Assembly (NCBI RefSeq): GCF_035084215.1
Contig: NC_090352.1
Location: forward strand, 18,910,001 to 18,974,000
Length of the DNA stretch: 64,000 bases
Source of the DNA: Heptranchias perlo
Taxonomy: Eukaryota
Direction of reading: 5' to 3'
The notes below the pieces were generated by a model. That model worked only from the letters and a program-made list of their open reading frames with translations. It made no database searches and had not been told where the DNA came from. Shown here in pieces: positions 62,663 to 64,000 of this stretch (within the stretch, counting starts at the first letter, position 1; every line of letters begins with the position of its first letter). The position numbers were made by a program, and so were the translations under genes.

Positions 62663-63774
62663 AAGAAGAATGCACTGAATGACATCAGGTCATATATCCT
62701 TTAAACAAAACTCGATATTTTTTTCCTACCTCACATACTTGTCCATTTTTATGAATTAATTTTTTAGCATTGTGGAGTTTGAGGGCTGTATATTGAAATT
62801 TTTTTATGTGGCACTCTGTTAATCTGTCGAGCTGTGGCATTGAAATTGTATCTGTTGAAGCATGCACATCATGGCTTGCCTGCAACTTGTCAACTAGTTG
62901 GAGTGAGAGCCTTAGAAATTGTATTAGCTGCTGCTGAAAGATTGCTGAGTTTTAATCCACATTTGTAGCCACGTTTATATTTACAAAATGTCCTGTTTTG
63001 TTGCTGCTGTGCTGTTGTAGATTAAGGCAGTGGTTTGTGCTTCAGCGTGTTTGGACTTATCAAAGTGTTTGCACAGGGTGGGTGATTGTGATTTTATAAC
63101 AGCTTGAGACAATATGTACAGGTGGTAGGAAACAGGTCCCAGCAGGAAAACACCAACATCACAATTTTGTCCCTATTTGTGCCATAATATATATCGGCAA
63201 TGGAATATCCTGATACAGTTCTGCAGGTGCTCACACCTCTCTACTACCTTGACTATTCTTCATATGTAAGCCAAGACAGTAAGGGGCTGATTTTTGACTA
63301 AGATTCAAATTGGGCGATGGGCATCCGCTACACCCGCCTAATGGCACCAATGGAATCATGTGTCAAAAAAATCCAGCAGATCAGAAGCAGGTGGGAAGAT
63401 TTATGTGGGACCAGGAAGAGTGTTCACACTCCTCCTGGTCCCACAATAACAATAATCAGTGCACAGGTTTTTTTTTTTGGGGGGGGGGAGGCATTTCAGA
63501 GCAGCCTGCAGCTGGTTTGGCCGTTCAACACTCAGTTCCACAGTGGAACACCAAAATTGAAATCAGAGTCCTACAAAAGTCATAGGACCCCAATGTAAAT
63601 ATTTTAATAAGGCTCCTGTCTGTTTTGGGTGGGACCACTGGCTGTCTATTTTGAAGCCTGCACAAAAATCAAGTTGGGTGCTTCTCGGATGACCAGTGGG
63701 AGGTAGGTTTTAAAAAAAAAAATTCCGTCTGTCCATCGTCCCGTTTTTGAGTGTATGGGCATTAGGCACATGAG

Positions 63775-63972
63775 AAAAGGGAAGCTGGATAGGTACATGA
63801 GGGAGAAAGGGGAAGCTAGATAAATACATGAGGGAGAAAGGAATAAAATGTTATGTTGATAGTGTTAGATGAAGCAGGGTGGGAAAAGGCTCGTATGGAA
63901 CATAAACACCGGCATAGACCAGTCAGGCCAAATGGCCTGTTTCTGTGCTAACAATTCGATGTAATTCTATGA
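63775..63972 (+). mobile_element. CR1 3' tail fragment with a ~30-bp internal tandem duplication
   Basis: gggaagct(g/a)gata..tacatgagggagaaagg occurs twice. The tail is aattcgatgtaattctatg. Confidence 0.8.
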
Positions 63973-64000
63973 AAATTGTCTTGTGTGTTCACAGGCCACT

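Overview
Eukaryotic vertebrate DNA, most likely a shark or other elasmobranch (inference from the CR1/HER1-type LINEs, SacSINE1/DeuSINE-type SINEs, Penelope termini and many PIF/Harbinger elements). It is repeat-dense intronic or intergenic sequence. I recognise no intact host protein-coding gene, rRNA, tRNA or CRISPR array. Nearly all ORFs are fragments of retrotransposon ORF2, Harbinger transposase or Myb/SANT genes, or translations of minisatellites. Highlights: (1) a young Penelope-derived inverted repeat (108-bp arms) at 27848-28099 with a minimal type-I hammerhead ribozyme motif on each strand; (2) a ~3.6-kb 16-bp minisatellite that expanded inside a small hairpin MITE whose TIRs and TSD still flank it (53586-57354; unexpanded relative at 50178-50350); (3) two copies with different flanks of a chimeric CR1 that share a 36-bp deletion and an embedded DNA-transposon fragment (170-1242 and 29347-30436); (4) a multi-level nested TE cluster at about 27.8-35.4 kb; (5) a full-length but decayed two-gene Harbinger, a young CpG-rich Tx1/L1 insertion with a 12-bp TSD, and a CR1-group ORF2 segment with a single stop. 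All calls were made by eye. Family names come from recalled motifs, not from database searches.
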